From: a virus
Taxonomy: Duplodnaviria > Caudoviricetes
DNA: 64,000 nucleotides
IMG/VR virus record: IMGVR_UViG_3300029305_002795
Coordinates: 460-64,459 of that record
Direction: 5' to 3' (one strand)
In this document: positions 48,985 to 57,298 of the stretch, in pieces
Numbering within the stretch: the first letter of the stretch is position 1
Layout of the letters: every line of letters starts with the position of its first letter
Made by a program: the position numbers and the translations under genes
The notes under the pieces: generated by a model
What the model saw: only the letters and a program-made list of their open reading frames with translations
Told to the model about the DNA's origin: nothing
Databases searched by the model: none

Positions 48985-50000
48985 TGTCTCGTAAAACATT
49001 AGCAATTAAATATAGACCTAAAACGTTTAACGACGTAACTGAACAAAGTTCTGTTATAGCAATTTTACAAAACCAATTAGAAACTAAAACACACAAAAAT
49101 TGCTATTTGTTTACAGGGAGTGCAGGTACAGGAAAAACAACTTCCGCACGTATTTTTGCAAACGAGTTAAACGGCGGAAAAGGTACACCAATTGAAATTG
49201 ATGCTGCTTCCAACAATGGGGTTGACCAAGTTAGAACAATTATCGACCAAGCTAAATTGAAAGCTTTGGATAGCGACTATAAAGTATTTATCATAGACGA
49301 GGTACACGCCGTAAGTAATGCAGGTTTCCAAGCTATGTTAAAACTAATTGAGGAACCACCTGCACACGCAATATTTATTATGTGTACAACCGACCCACAA
49401 AAATTGCCGGCTACAATTTTATCTAGGGTTCAACGTTACGATTTCAAAAAAATTAGTTTGGACGGTGTAGTTAAAAGACTAACCTATATTTTAGAACAAG
49501 AAATAAAAGAAGGAAGACAAATACAATACACCGACGAAGCAGTTGAATATATTGCAAAGGTTGCCGACGGTGGTATGCGTGACGCAATTACGTTAATGGA
49601 TAAGTGTTTATCGTTTAACGAATTGTTAAACACAAAAAACGTACTTGAAGCGTTAGGGGCAGTAGATTATGGCACAATGTGCGATTTATTGTCCGCTATC
49701 GGTACAGAGAATATAAAAGGTTGTATAGAAATTGTGGAAAAAGTTTACAATAGTGGACTTGATTTAACACAGTTTATGAAGCAATTTTGGTTATTTGTTT
49801 TGGACGTTAATAAATATGCCTTGTTTAAAGATTTCAAATATACACAATTGCCTTCTACTTTAGAATCTAGACTGAACGAATTAACGGAATATGCAGTAGG
49901 CAATTTATTAACCGATTTATTAGAATTAAACAATAACCTAAAACGTGAAACAAACGTTAAACAGTATGTAGAAGCTACTTTGTTTGATTGGGTGGACTAA
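48984..50000 (+). CDS. dnaX: Clamp loader ATPase, gamma/tau-like
   Basis: LAIKYRP, GSAGTGKTT, EIDAASNNGVD, IIDEVH, LK.IEEPP, TILSR, GGMRDA. Confidence 0.95.
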   Translation: MSRKTLAIKYRPKTFNDVTEQSSVIAILQNQLETKTHKNCYLFTGSAGTGKTTSARIFANELNGGKGTPIEIDAASNNGVDQVRTIIDQAKLKALDSDYKVFIIDEVHAVSNAGFQAMLKLIEEPPAHAIFIMCTTDPQKLPATILSRVQRYDFKKISLDGVVKRLTYILEQEIKEGRQIQYTDEAVEYIAKVADGGMRDAITLMDKCLSFNELLNTKNVLEALGAVDYGTMCDLLSAIGTENIKGCIEIVEKVYNSGLDLTQFMKQFWLFVLDVNKYALFKDFKYTQLPSTLESRLNELTEYAVGNLLTDLLELNNNLKRETNVKQYVEATLFDWVD

Positions 50001-50001
50001 T

Positions 50002-50832
50002 ATGATTGGACAAAAAAGATTATTAGGTATTATAGATAAGTTATCCGAAAAGGATTTTCCAAGGTTTGTCCTCCTGGTGGGTGCAAGGGGTTCAGGTAAA
50101 AAGTTATTAAGTAAAGCTATTGCCGATAAATTGGGCTATCCCCTTGTTCCTATCGGAGTAAGTGTTGAGGAGGTAAGGGAAGTAATAACAAACTCTTACA
50201 CAAACACGGAACCAGTTGTTTATGTTTTAGCCGATACTGATAAAATGAGTATTCAAGCTAAAAATGCTTTACTAAAAGTAACCGAGGAACCACCACAAAA
50301 GGCTTATTTTATTTTAACAGTAACAGACCCAGCAAACACACTAAAAACTTTAATAAGCAGGGCATGCGTTTTGGTTATGGACGAATATAACGAAAATGAA
50401 TTATTTAGTTATTATTGTAGTAAACGTGACCCGGACACCCTTGATTTAGCATTGGGTACGTATATTTCCAAAATAGCTAGTAACCCACAAGAAGTGGATA
50501 TGTTAGCAACTTACGACATAAACGAATTTCAAGAGTTTGTAAGAACTGTTGCGTTTAATTTACACACAGTAAGCTCAGCAAACGCTTTTAAAATCGAACA
50601 TAAACTAGCGCTTAAAAAAGATGAAGATAAATGGGACTTGTTATTATTTTTGCAAGCCCTTAAATACGAGTTAGTTGCGCACTATATGGAAATTGGGGAA
50701 AAGAAATACCTAAAAACTTATTTCCTAGCTTGTGGGTTGGTAAAAGAATTAATGTACAAAAATTCTGTAAATAAACAATATTGTTTAGACCAGTTCATTC
50801 TTGCAGTGCGTAAGGTATGGAGGGAAGAATGA
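50002..50832 (+). CDS. holB: Clamp loader delta-prime-like subunit
   Basis: G.RGSGK, NALLKVTEEPP, TLISR. Confidence 0.8.
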   Translation: MIGQKRLLGIIDKLSEKDFPRFVLLVGARGSGKKLLSKAIADKLGYPLVPIGVSVEEVREVITNSYTNTEPVVYVLADTDKMSIQAKNALLKVTEEPPQKAYFILTVTDPANTLKTLISRACVLVMDEYNENELFSYYCSKRDPDTLDLALGTYISKIASNPQEVDMLATYDINEFQEFVRTVAFNLHTVSSANAFKIEHKLALKKDEDKWDLLLFLQALKYELVAHYMEIGEKKYLKTYFLACGLVKELMYKNSVNKQYCLDQFILAVRKVWREE

Positions 50833-51761
50833 ACCTAGCCGAACTAAAAAAATCTATTGTGGATAAAAATTTGGATAATGTGTATATTTTTACAGGCGAC
50901 GAAATTAAAATTATGAACATTTATACACACCAAATTGCAAAGGTACAAAATAGAACATTAACAAGAAAAGACACCGTTGCCGAAATATTTAAAACTTTAA
51001 AAATTGCAAAACTAACAAAAGAATCTAACGTGTATGTTATTTTAGACGACTTTGCATTTTTAAAGGAAGAAAAGTATTGGGAACAGTTAATGACTGCAAC
51101 AAAAGACCATACAATTATTTTAATTTATAGTCATTTGGATAAACGTGGCAAGTTTTACAAAACATATAAAGATAAAATATGCGAATTTGAAAAGTTAAAC
51201 GAAGTAATGCTTGCGAAGTACGTCCAAAAAGAAATAGACCTAACCACAGATTCCGCAAAACAATTAAGTTTGATGTGCGATAATTCCTACAACCGTATTT
51301 TATTAGAAGTGGACAAATTAAAAAACTTATCGCAAGTTTATAATATTAAACATGAAGAAGCTTTTGGTAAAATGTTAAAAGAAGGATTAATATATACACA
51401 GGAAACGGAAATAGTTTTTAAGTTAGTTGACGCAATTTGTAAAAGGGACGTGGAAACTACTTTTAAACTATTGAAGGACTTGGATGTAACTAAGGAGTCG
51501 CCAATAGCAATTTTAAGTTTACTATACACTAATATCAAATCAATTTTACTTGTTAGTGTTTGTCCCCCAGGAGCTAAAGTAAGTGAAACTACTGGGTTGA
51601 CAGGGTGGCAAATTAAAATGGTTTACGAAAAAGGTTATCACTATGAACCTAGTGAACTATTAGACATTATGGGACAAATTAAATACACAGACGAGGCTAT
51701 TAAAATAGGTAAAATAGAACCTCAAAACGCAATACCTTTTTTAGTAGCTAATGTAATGTAG
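50829..51761 (+). CDS. holA: Clamp loader delta-like subunit
   Basis: VYIFTGDE, LDKRGKFYK, RILLEVDKL, VFKLVDAI, E.IKIG. Confidence 0.8.
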   Translation: MNLAELKKSIVDKNLDNVYIFTGDEIKIMNIYTHQIAKVQNRTLTRKDTVAEIFKTLKIAKLTKESNVYVILDDFAFLKEEKYWEQLMTATKDHTIILIYSHLDKRGKFYKTYKDKICEFEKLNEVMLAKYVQKEIDLTTDSAKQLSLMCDNSYNRILLEVDKLKNLSQVYNIKHEEAFGKMLKEGLIYTQETEIVFKLVDAICKRDVETTFKLLKDLDVTKESPIAILSLLYTNIKSILLVSVCPPGAKVSETTGLTGWQIKMVYEKGYHYEPSELLDIMGQIKYTDEAIKIGKIEPQNAIPFLVANVM

Positions 51762-51769
51762 GAGTAATT

Positions 51770-51934
51770 ATGCAGGACGAAACAAAAAGAGTTTTTTGTC
51801 GTAGATGTGGACGAGAACTAAAAAGTAAAGCAGGTAAAGAATTAGGATTTGGACCAAGTTGTTATAAAAAGTACATTAAGGAACTAAACGTTTCCACAAG
51901 GAAAAAATTATTTACTATCGACAAGGAGACATAG
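51770..51934 (+). CDS. 54-aa zinc-binding protein (DUF6011-like)
   Basis: CRRCGRELK...GFGPSC; AGGAG RBS; contains RKKLF; translated by hand. Confidence 0.75.
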   Translation: MQDETKRVFCRRCGRELKSKAGKELGFGPSCYKKYIKELNVSTRKKLFTIDKET

Positions 51935-51935
51935 A

Positions 51936-52295
51936 ATGCGTTTATTGGAGGAGTGGCAGTACAAGTTTGTAGAAAACAGTTTAAGGAATTATTTTAAACT
52001 AAAACAAAGTACAGCCGAAACAGATTGCAAGGTCTGTCAAGCAATTGAACGAGCGTTGCAGTTTTTCAAAGACACACAACATGAAATGATTATGTACGAG
52101 TATTACTTTAATCATCTAGATTACGAAAAGAAGTTCACACCGTTCGGACACCACATGACAGTTTTTGAAGATATTGCAGGTAGAACTTCCTCCAATGGTT
52201 ATTTTGTAAGACGTGAAATAATGTACAAAGTGGCTATGTATCTTTATTCAAACGGTGTTTTTAAATTTGAGGACAATATAAAGGAAATAAAATGA
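51936..52295 (+). CDS. Hypothetical protein
   Basis: AAGGAG RBS. Confidence 0.7.
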   Translation: MRLLEEWQYKFVENSLRNYFKLKQSTAETDCKVCQAIERALQFFKDTQHEMIMYEYYFNHLDYEKKFTPFGHHMTVFEDIAGRTSSNGYFVRREIMYKVAMYLYSNGVFKFEDNIKEIK

Positions 52296-52540
52296 TTGAA
52301 TTAGACGAAGAAGATAAACGAAAAGCAATTAATTTAGCAATGACTATTGAGTGTGGTATTTACCCAATGGAAAACGTACTAAATTTAATTAGCGAAGCGC
52401 CGGATGCAATGGAAAGTATAATTTGGTTTTGGTGGGACTTTAATAAAATGACTAGAGATGTTGCTCGTGCAGTTATTTATGAAAAGTGTAAAAAACATTT
52501 ACAAAAATGTTTAGCACAAGGTACAGTTCCACACCCTTAA
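52292..52540 (+). CDS. Hypothetical protein
   Basis: AAGGA RBS, ATGA overlap. Confidence 0.7.
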   Translation: MIELDEEDKRKAINLAMTIECGIYPMENVLNLISEAPDAMESIIWFWWDFNKMTRDVARAVIYEKCKKHLQKCLAQGTVPHP

Positions 52541-52759
52541 AATACGATTTAACAAGGGTTAAATTATGGGGTAATACTAACTAACCTATTTATAATTTCA
52601 ACCACCTTAAAACCGATTTAAACGAGGGTAAACACAATTATTTTAAAATAATTATAAAGGTTTAATTTTATTCTCTTTACCCCCCTCCTGAACATGAGGC
52701 TAAACTGTTCTTTTACTACATTATTTATATTAATTTTTGTTACAAAAACATTTTTAAAC

Positions 52760-52788
52760 TTGTAAAATATTTTTTATTTTGTTATACT
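52760..52788 (+). promoter_or_regulatory. Host-type promoter TTGTAA-N17-TATACT with TG extension
   Basis: Near consensus. Confidence 0.75.
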
Positions 52789-52826
52789 AAAAAAGTAAAA
52801 ACAAGTTTAAAAAGGAGATAAATTAA

Positions 52827-53009
52827 ATGGCAGGATTTGCTGAAATTAGAAAAATTCAAAAAGTACCGACAGGGTTCATTTTTACGTTCCCTAAAAAGTT
52901 TGCAGACCGTTTGGAATTAACTGGTACCGAGTTATTAAAAATTACTTGTGCCGATACTCCGGACAAATTGGTTATTGATATTATTAGAACAGACAGCGTG
53001 GGCGAATAG
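52827..53009 (+). CDS. AbrB/MazE-like small DNA-binding protein
   Basis: RKIQKV..G...TFPKKFA..LEL...L.I swapped-hairpin pattern. Confidence 0.6.
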   Translation: MAGFAEIRKIQKVPTGFIFTFPKKFADRLELTGTELLKITCADTPDKLVIDIIRTDSVGE

Positions 53010-53024
53010 ATTTCGCCCTTTTTT
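53000..53024 (+). terminator. Intrinsic terminator overlapping the stop of the AbrB-like gene
   Basis: GGGCGAA-TAGAT-TTCGCCC-TTTTTT. Confidence 0.8.
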
Positions 53025-53051
53025 ATTGAATATGAAGAGAAGGAAAAAGTT

Positions 53052-53597
53052 ATGATGTTAGAAGAGAAAAAATTAGCAAAGTCTATTGACAATTACAAAA
53101 CACCTTTGAAGGAACAGGTATTAACCGAAATTTACAAGTATGCTAAATACAGAAATAACATAGCGATTAAAAAGATTAATAGAGCCGGAATTATGGGTGA
53201 AAGTGGTGTAGCTATGTATTTATCAGGAACTAGAAAATACTTGTTAAAGGGTATCGTTGACCCTAAAAGATATGGCTCTTATATGTACGAAGTAATAGAC
53301 AAATGTCGTGCTAAATGTTTGCAACAACTAACTCCAAAAGATGATGAAAAATGGAGTCCAAAACAATTATGGAACGCCACACGTCAAAAACCTACACAAC
53401 AACCTCCACAAGTACAAACTTCAAAACCATTAAAACCAGACCAATATTGTCTATTAATAGATAATGAACCTATTAAACTTTATAACTCAATAATTGAGTG
53501 TAAAGCATACGGACAAGCATTAATCGACACAAACAAAGACAAAGAAATCAATATGCAAATCAAAGGTATTAAGTTTTTTAATATAGAGGAGGTATAA
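53052..53597 (+). CDS. Hypothetical protein
   Basis: AAGGA RBS; 181 aa. Confidence 0.7.
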   Translation: MMLEEKKLAKSIDNYKTPLKEQVLTEIYKYAKYRNNIAIKKINRAGIMGESGVAMYLSGTRKYLLKGIVDPKRYGSYMYEVIDKCRAKCLQQLTPKDDEKWSPKQLWNATRQKPTQQPPQVQTSKPLKPDQYCLLIDNEPIKLYNSIIECKAYGQALIDTNKDKEINMQIKGIKFFNIEEV

Positions 53598-54106
53598 TGA
53601 ACGAATTTGAATTATTAGAACAAGCGGCAAATGACCTTGTTAAAAGAATAAAAGAATTAAGAACCAAGCAAACGGAAAAACAAGAAAAGTCTGTTACAAG
53701 ATGGCGAGGTAATGAGGGAGACCGTTATTGGTACGTAGACGACACTGACGAAGTCACATACAGTTATGAAGAAAATCTTGGGACAGATGATTTTCGTTAT
53801 TGTACAGGTAATTATTTTGAAACGGAACATGAATGTGAGCAATATTTTAAAAACTTAAAAACAAAACAAGAATTAAAAGATTTAGCCTTAAAATTAAATA
53901 ATGGTAAAGAAATAGATTGGAGTGATACAGAACAAACTAAATTCTTTATCGTTTTAAATTGCACTAAAGACTACTTGGAACAAAATCATACTTATATAAT
54001 ATGTGATGTTGGACAAGTGCATTGTTTGGATAGGGGATTTCTAACTGAGGCTATAATGGAAATAGGAAAAGACAATTTAATTAATCTAATAAAAAGTGGA
54101 GTATAA
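53597..54106 (+). CDS. Hypothetical phage protein
   Basis: GGAGG RBS; RW...GD.YWY, GNYFETE motifs. Confidence 0.75.
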   Translation: MNEFELLEQAANDLVKRIKELRTKQTEKQEKSVTRWRGNEGDRYWYVDDTDEVTYSYEENLGTDDFRYCTGNYFETEHECEQYFKNLKTKQELKDLALKLNNGKEIDWSDTEQTKFFIVLNCTKDYLEQNHTYIICDVGQVHCLDRGFLTEAIMEIGKDNLINLIKSGV

Positions 54107-54277
54107 ATGGAAGCACAAATAGAAGAATTAAAACAACAAAGGGACGAAAACTTTAAAAAGTTAGGACAATGGCAATTACAAAAACATTACTATGAACATA
54201 AAATTAAATGCCTAACAGAGGCACAAGAAGAATTATGTCATCGTATTGTAAGGATGGAACGAGACTATGGAGCCTAG
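54107..54277 (+). CDS. 56-aa coiled-coil hypothetical protein
   Basis: GGAG RBS; translated by hand. Confidence 0.6.
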   Translation: MEAQIEELKQQRDENFKKLGQWQLQKHYYEHKIKCLTEAQEELCHRIVRMERDYGA

Positions 54278-54605
54278 ATTTCAATTTAGGGTTTGGAAAG
54301 GTTTAGAAAATAGAATGGTTTATGATGTATTATACTTAAACCCATTAATTCTTGACCCTAAAATAGACCCTGAAAATGTACATAACAAAGTCATGCAATG
54401 TTCCGGATTAAAAGACAAAAACGGTAAACTTATTTATGAAGGGGACATTGTTAAAATTTGCGATAAATTTATTGACGGAATTAAATTTGGATGTGGCTGT
54501 TTTGTACTCAAAAAAGCTATGTTTCAAGGCGAAGCTACTTATTGGCCGTTAAATCATATGGAAGTAATAGGAAATATTTACGAGAACGAGGATTTATTAG
54601 AATGA
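54267..54605 (+). CDS. YopX-family protein
   Basis: FRVW, MQCSGLKDKNGKLIYEGDIV, EVIGNIYENEDLL. Confidence 0.9.
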   Translation: MEPRFQFRVWKGLENRMVYDVLYLNPLILDPKIDPENVHNKVMQCSGLKDKNGKLIYEGDIVKICDKFIDGIKFGCGCFVLKKAMFQGEATYWPLNHMEVIGNIYENEDLLE

Positions 54606-55090
54606 ATTACCATAACATAACACACGATGATATGCTAAACGGAGAGGGTCTAAGGGTTGTACTTTGGGTTGCAGGTTGCGAAAACAACTGCAAAGGGTGT
54701 CAAAACCCTGAAACACACGACCCAAATGGAGGAATACCTTTTGATATTGAAGCCGGTATGGAAATAGCACAGTCTGCAATGCATTCACATTGCGCAGGTT
54801 TAACAATATCAGGAGGAGACCCATTATATCCAGGTAATGTTGCGGAAGTAACTACAATTTGCAAAGACTTCAAAGACTCTTTTCCAGATAAAACAGTTTG
54901 GCTATATACTGGGTACACTTGGGAACAAGTTAAAGATTACGAAGTTATGCAATATATAGATGTCTTGTGTGAAGGCAGGTTTGTAGAAGAACTAGCCGAC
55001 GAGAATTGTAAATGGGTAGGCAGTACAAACCAAAGAGTAATTAATGTACCGGAAAGTTTAAAATTAGGAAAATTAGTATTAGAAGGGTAG
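54602..55090 (+). CDS. nrdG: Anaerobic ribonucleotide reductase activating enzyme (radical SAM)
   Basis: NGEGLRVVLWVAGC.NNCKGCQNP, GLTISGGDPL, WLYTGY, DVLCEGRF, GSTNQRVI. Confidence 0.9.
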   Translation: MNYHNITHDDMLNGEGLRVVLWVAGCENNCKGCQNPETHDPNGGIPFDIEAGMEIAQSAMHSHCAGLTISGGDPLYPGNVAEVTTICKDFKDSFPDKTVWLYTGYTWEQVKDYEVMQYIDVLCEGRFVEELADENCKWVGSTNQRVINVPESLKLGKLVLEG

Positions 55091-55092
55091 TC

Positions 55093-55287
55093 ATGCAAAT
55101 AGATATGTTAGAAGTAGTAAATACAATGCCTGTTACAAAGGAAGAGAAGGAGTCGGCAATTTTAACCATGATTGATGCCGATTCCAAAGACTGGACTTTT
55201 ATATATGAAGGGGACAAGATTAAACATATACAATATAACGGCGTGGTGCAACGCAAAGTATTAACAATAAACATAGGAGAAGAATAA
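55093..55287 (+). CDS. Hypothetical protein
   Basis: In-series ORF. Confidence 0.6.
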   Translation: MQIDMLEVVNTMPVTKEEKESAILTMIDADSKDWTFIYEGDKIKHIQYNGVVQRKVLTINIGEE

Positions 55288-55496
55288 TGGATACTGACAA
55301 TATACCTCCATTTATGACAGGACTATTAATAGGAATAATGGGCTGTCTAATTATAGGTCTTCTGGCAATTGAAGGTGAAGATGTTCAATTTAAAAGCCAG
55401 CTCTGCAAACAATTATATTCTAACACAGGCAAGTATTTAGAATGCACAACAAAGTCCAGTTTTGAAATTATAAAGGTAATAAAAGGAATAGATTAA
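55287..55496 (+). CDS. Small single-pass membrane protein with Cys pair; paralog of 55870-56088
   Basis: N-terminal TM; CKQLY...KY..C.TK. Confidence 0.7.
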   Translation: MDTDNIPPFMTGLLIGIMGCLIIGLLAIEGEDVQFKSQLCKQLYSNTGKYLECTTKSSFEIIKVIKGID

Positions 55497-55678
55497 TGAT
55501 TAAATATTATTGTGATAAATGTGGAAAAGAATTACAATGTGGAAATTTTGCAACGGTAACATACCAAAGCAAAGTAACAACATTTGGATGCAGGAACGAA
55601 GAAGAATGGCAATTATATCCACTATGTGAAATGGAATTAACAAGTAACTTTCTAAACCCTAATATTAAGAAAGGGTAA
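55496..55678 (+). CDS. Small zinc-ribbon-like protein
   Basis: YYCDKCGKE N-terminus. Confidence 0.6.
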   Translation: MIKYYCDKCGKELQCGNFATVTYQSKVTTFGCRNEEEWQLYPLCEMELTSNFLNPNIKKG

Positions 55679-55681
55679 CAG

Positions 55682-55873
55682 ATGAATAATTTTGAAAAGA
55701 TAACACAAATGAGCATTGATGAGATGGCTTTGTTTCTTGTGGAAATTATTGGCTCAACCTGCAGTTTCTGTCCACATCAAGAAAAACCTATTGGTTATTG
55801 TGATGACATTGATTGTGACCAAGAACATATACAAGGCATTAAACAATGGCTTTTACAAGAGGTGGAAGAATGA
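55682..55873 (+). CDS. Small Cys-rich protein (DUF3850-like phage family)
   Basis: NNFEKI..MSIDEMA.FL, C..C, I.QWL.QEVE. Confidence 0.6.
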   Translation: MNNFEKITQMSIDEMALFLVEIIGSTCSFCPHQEKPIGYCDDIDCDQEHIQGIKQWLLQEVEE

Positions 55874-56088
55874 GTGGAGATGGCTTATTTGGATTGATTA
55901 CATTTATCGTAACTATAGGTTTTACTTTTGGTGCTGGTTTAACAATAGGAATAAACGAAACTACAGCCGAAATTAAACAAAATATATGCAAGCAACTTTA
56001 CATAAAAGATACAAACAAATATATAGACTGCAATACAAAAGATATTAACGAAAATATTAAGCTAATAAAGGACATAACCAATGACTAA
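55870..56088 (+). CDS. Small single-pass membrane protein with Cys pair; paralog of 55287-55496
   Basis: N-terminal TM; CKQLY...KY..C.TK. Confidence 0.7.
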   Translation: MSGDGLFGLITFIVTIGFTFGAGLTIGINETTAEIKQNICKQLYIKDTNKYIDCNTKDINENIKLIKDITND

Positions 56089-56590
56089 AAATAACGAACA
56101 GATAATAATTGATAAAGATAAATTTGTTGAAGCAGAAAACCAACCTATTAACCAAGAAGCAGTAAATAAATTTATAGAACAAACAGATAAATTTTATATT
56201 GATGGTGTTGATGTGAGTGGGTGCTTAGTTTTTAACAATAAATGGGGAACTCCATTATGCAATCCCACCGAGGATATTAGAGAAGCGATATGCTGTGAGG
56301 ATAATCCTAATTGTTTATATAAAAAATACAAACGCAAAGAGCAAGAATGCGATAATTTACAAGGGGAAATATCACATTATGAACATGATTTAGGTTGGTG
56401 TAGTAGTCTAATAGACCATTATGAAGAAAAGTTAATGAAAACTTTTTATGCTTTACATCAAATACAATTACATAATCTAAAAATTAAAGATAAAGATATC
56501 CACCTTATTCTAAAAGAAGTTAAGGAAGATTTAAAAGAATATAATAAAATGAAAAACGAAGAACTAGATAAGAAGGTCAAAGATGAATAA
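56081..56590 (+). CDS. Hypothetical protein with Cys motif and coiled coil
   Basis: IDGVDVSGC, C..NPNC.YK..KRKEQEC. Confidence 0.7.
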   Translation: MTKNNEQIIIDKDKFVEAENQPINQEAVNKFIEQTDKFYIDGVDVSGCLVFNNKWGTPLCNPTEDIREAICCEDNPNCLYKKYKRKEQECDNLQGEISHYEHDLGWCSSLIDHYEEKLMKTFYALHQIQLHNLKIKDKDIHLILKEVKEDLKEYNKMKNEELDKKVKDE

Positions 56591-56703
56591 CACATATTGT
56601 GCCAAAAGTTACGATTGCAAAAAGACATCTTGTCCTAGACATTTAAAAGGTTTTAATGGATTATATATTAGTTTAGCTGAGTTTGATTGTGAGGTAGTGT
56701 TAA

Positions 56704-56889
56704 ATGAGTTACAAACTAACGATGGAACAACTAATTCAATTGAAACAGAATAAATTATTTTTAAGGTATGTAAAAAGACTGGAAAATTCTATTAAGGAAA
56801 TAAGAAAACAACTAAATAACGGTCATAGACCTGAACGAAAAATACAAAATATTGAACTAATCGTACAGGAAATAGAAAAGTACATTTAA
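56704..56889 (+). CDS. Hypothetical protein
   Basis: GAGGT RBS. Confidence 0.6.
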   Translation: MSYKLTMEQLIQLKQNKLFLRYVKRLENSIKEIRKQLNNGHRPERKIQNIELIVQEIEKYI

Positions 56890-56919
56890 TTTATAATTTT
56901 TTAAAAAAGACTATATGTT
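56890..56919 (+). promoter_or_regulatory. Phage-type promoter TTTATA-N18-TATGTT for nucleotide-hydrolase genes
   Basis: Repeated motif. Confidence 0.7.
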
Positions 56920-56938
56920 ATATAGGAAGGAGTTATTT

Positions 56939-57298
56939 ATGGACGAAAAAGAGTATGAAGATTGGAAACAAACCTTAAAAGAACATAAAGTTTGTCCAGG
57001 AGTTAAACACGACACAGGCAAACCGTTAATTGCCGACATGATTCAAGATTATAAACCACAGTTATTAGAACTTTGCAAGGTTTACGAGTACGGAACAAAA
57101 ACATACGGACGAGGAAACTGGAAAGAGTTGGAAGACGGTAAAGAACGACTTACCAATGCAATGATAAGACATTTTCTAAAAGAGGACGAGGTGTACGACG
57201 AAGAAACAGGATTATTGCATGCGGCACAAGTATTTTTTAATGCTGGTGGAAGATTGTATTTTATACTAAAAGAAATGGAAGAAAAGGAAAATAAATAA
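56939..57298 (+). CDS. dATP/dGTP diphosphohydrolase-like protein (DUF5664)
   Basis: GVKHDTGKP, V..YG..TY...NW, AM.RH, D.ETGL.H. Confidence 0.8.
   Translation: MDEKEYEDWKQTLKEHKVCPGVKHDTGKPLIADMIQDYKPQLLELCKVYEYGTKTYGRGNWKELEDGKERLTNAMIRHFLKEDEVYDEETGLLHAAQVFFNAGGRLYFILKEMEEKENK

Noticed and set aside
56939-57298. 2-aminoadenine (Z-genome) pathway
   Set aside because: No PurZ or DatZ-like gene recognised
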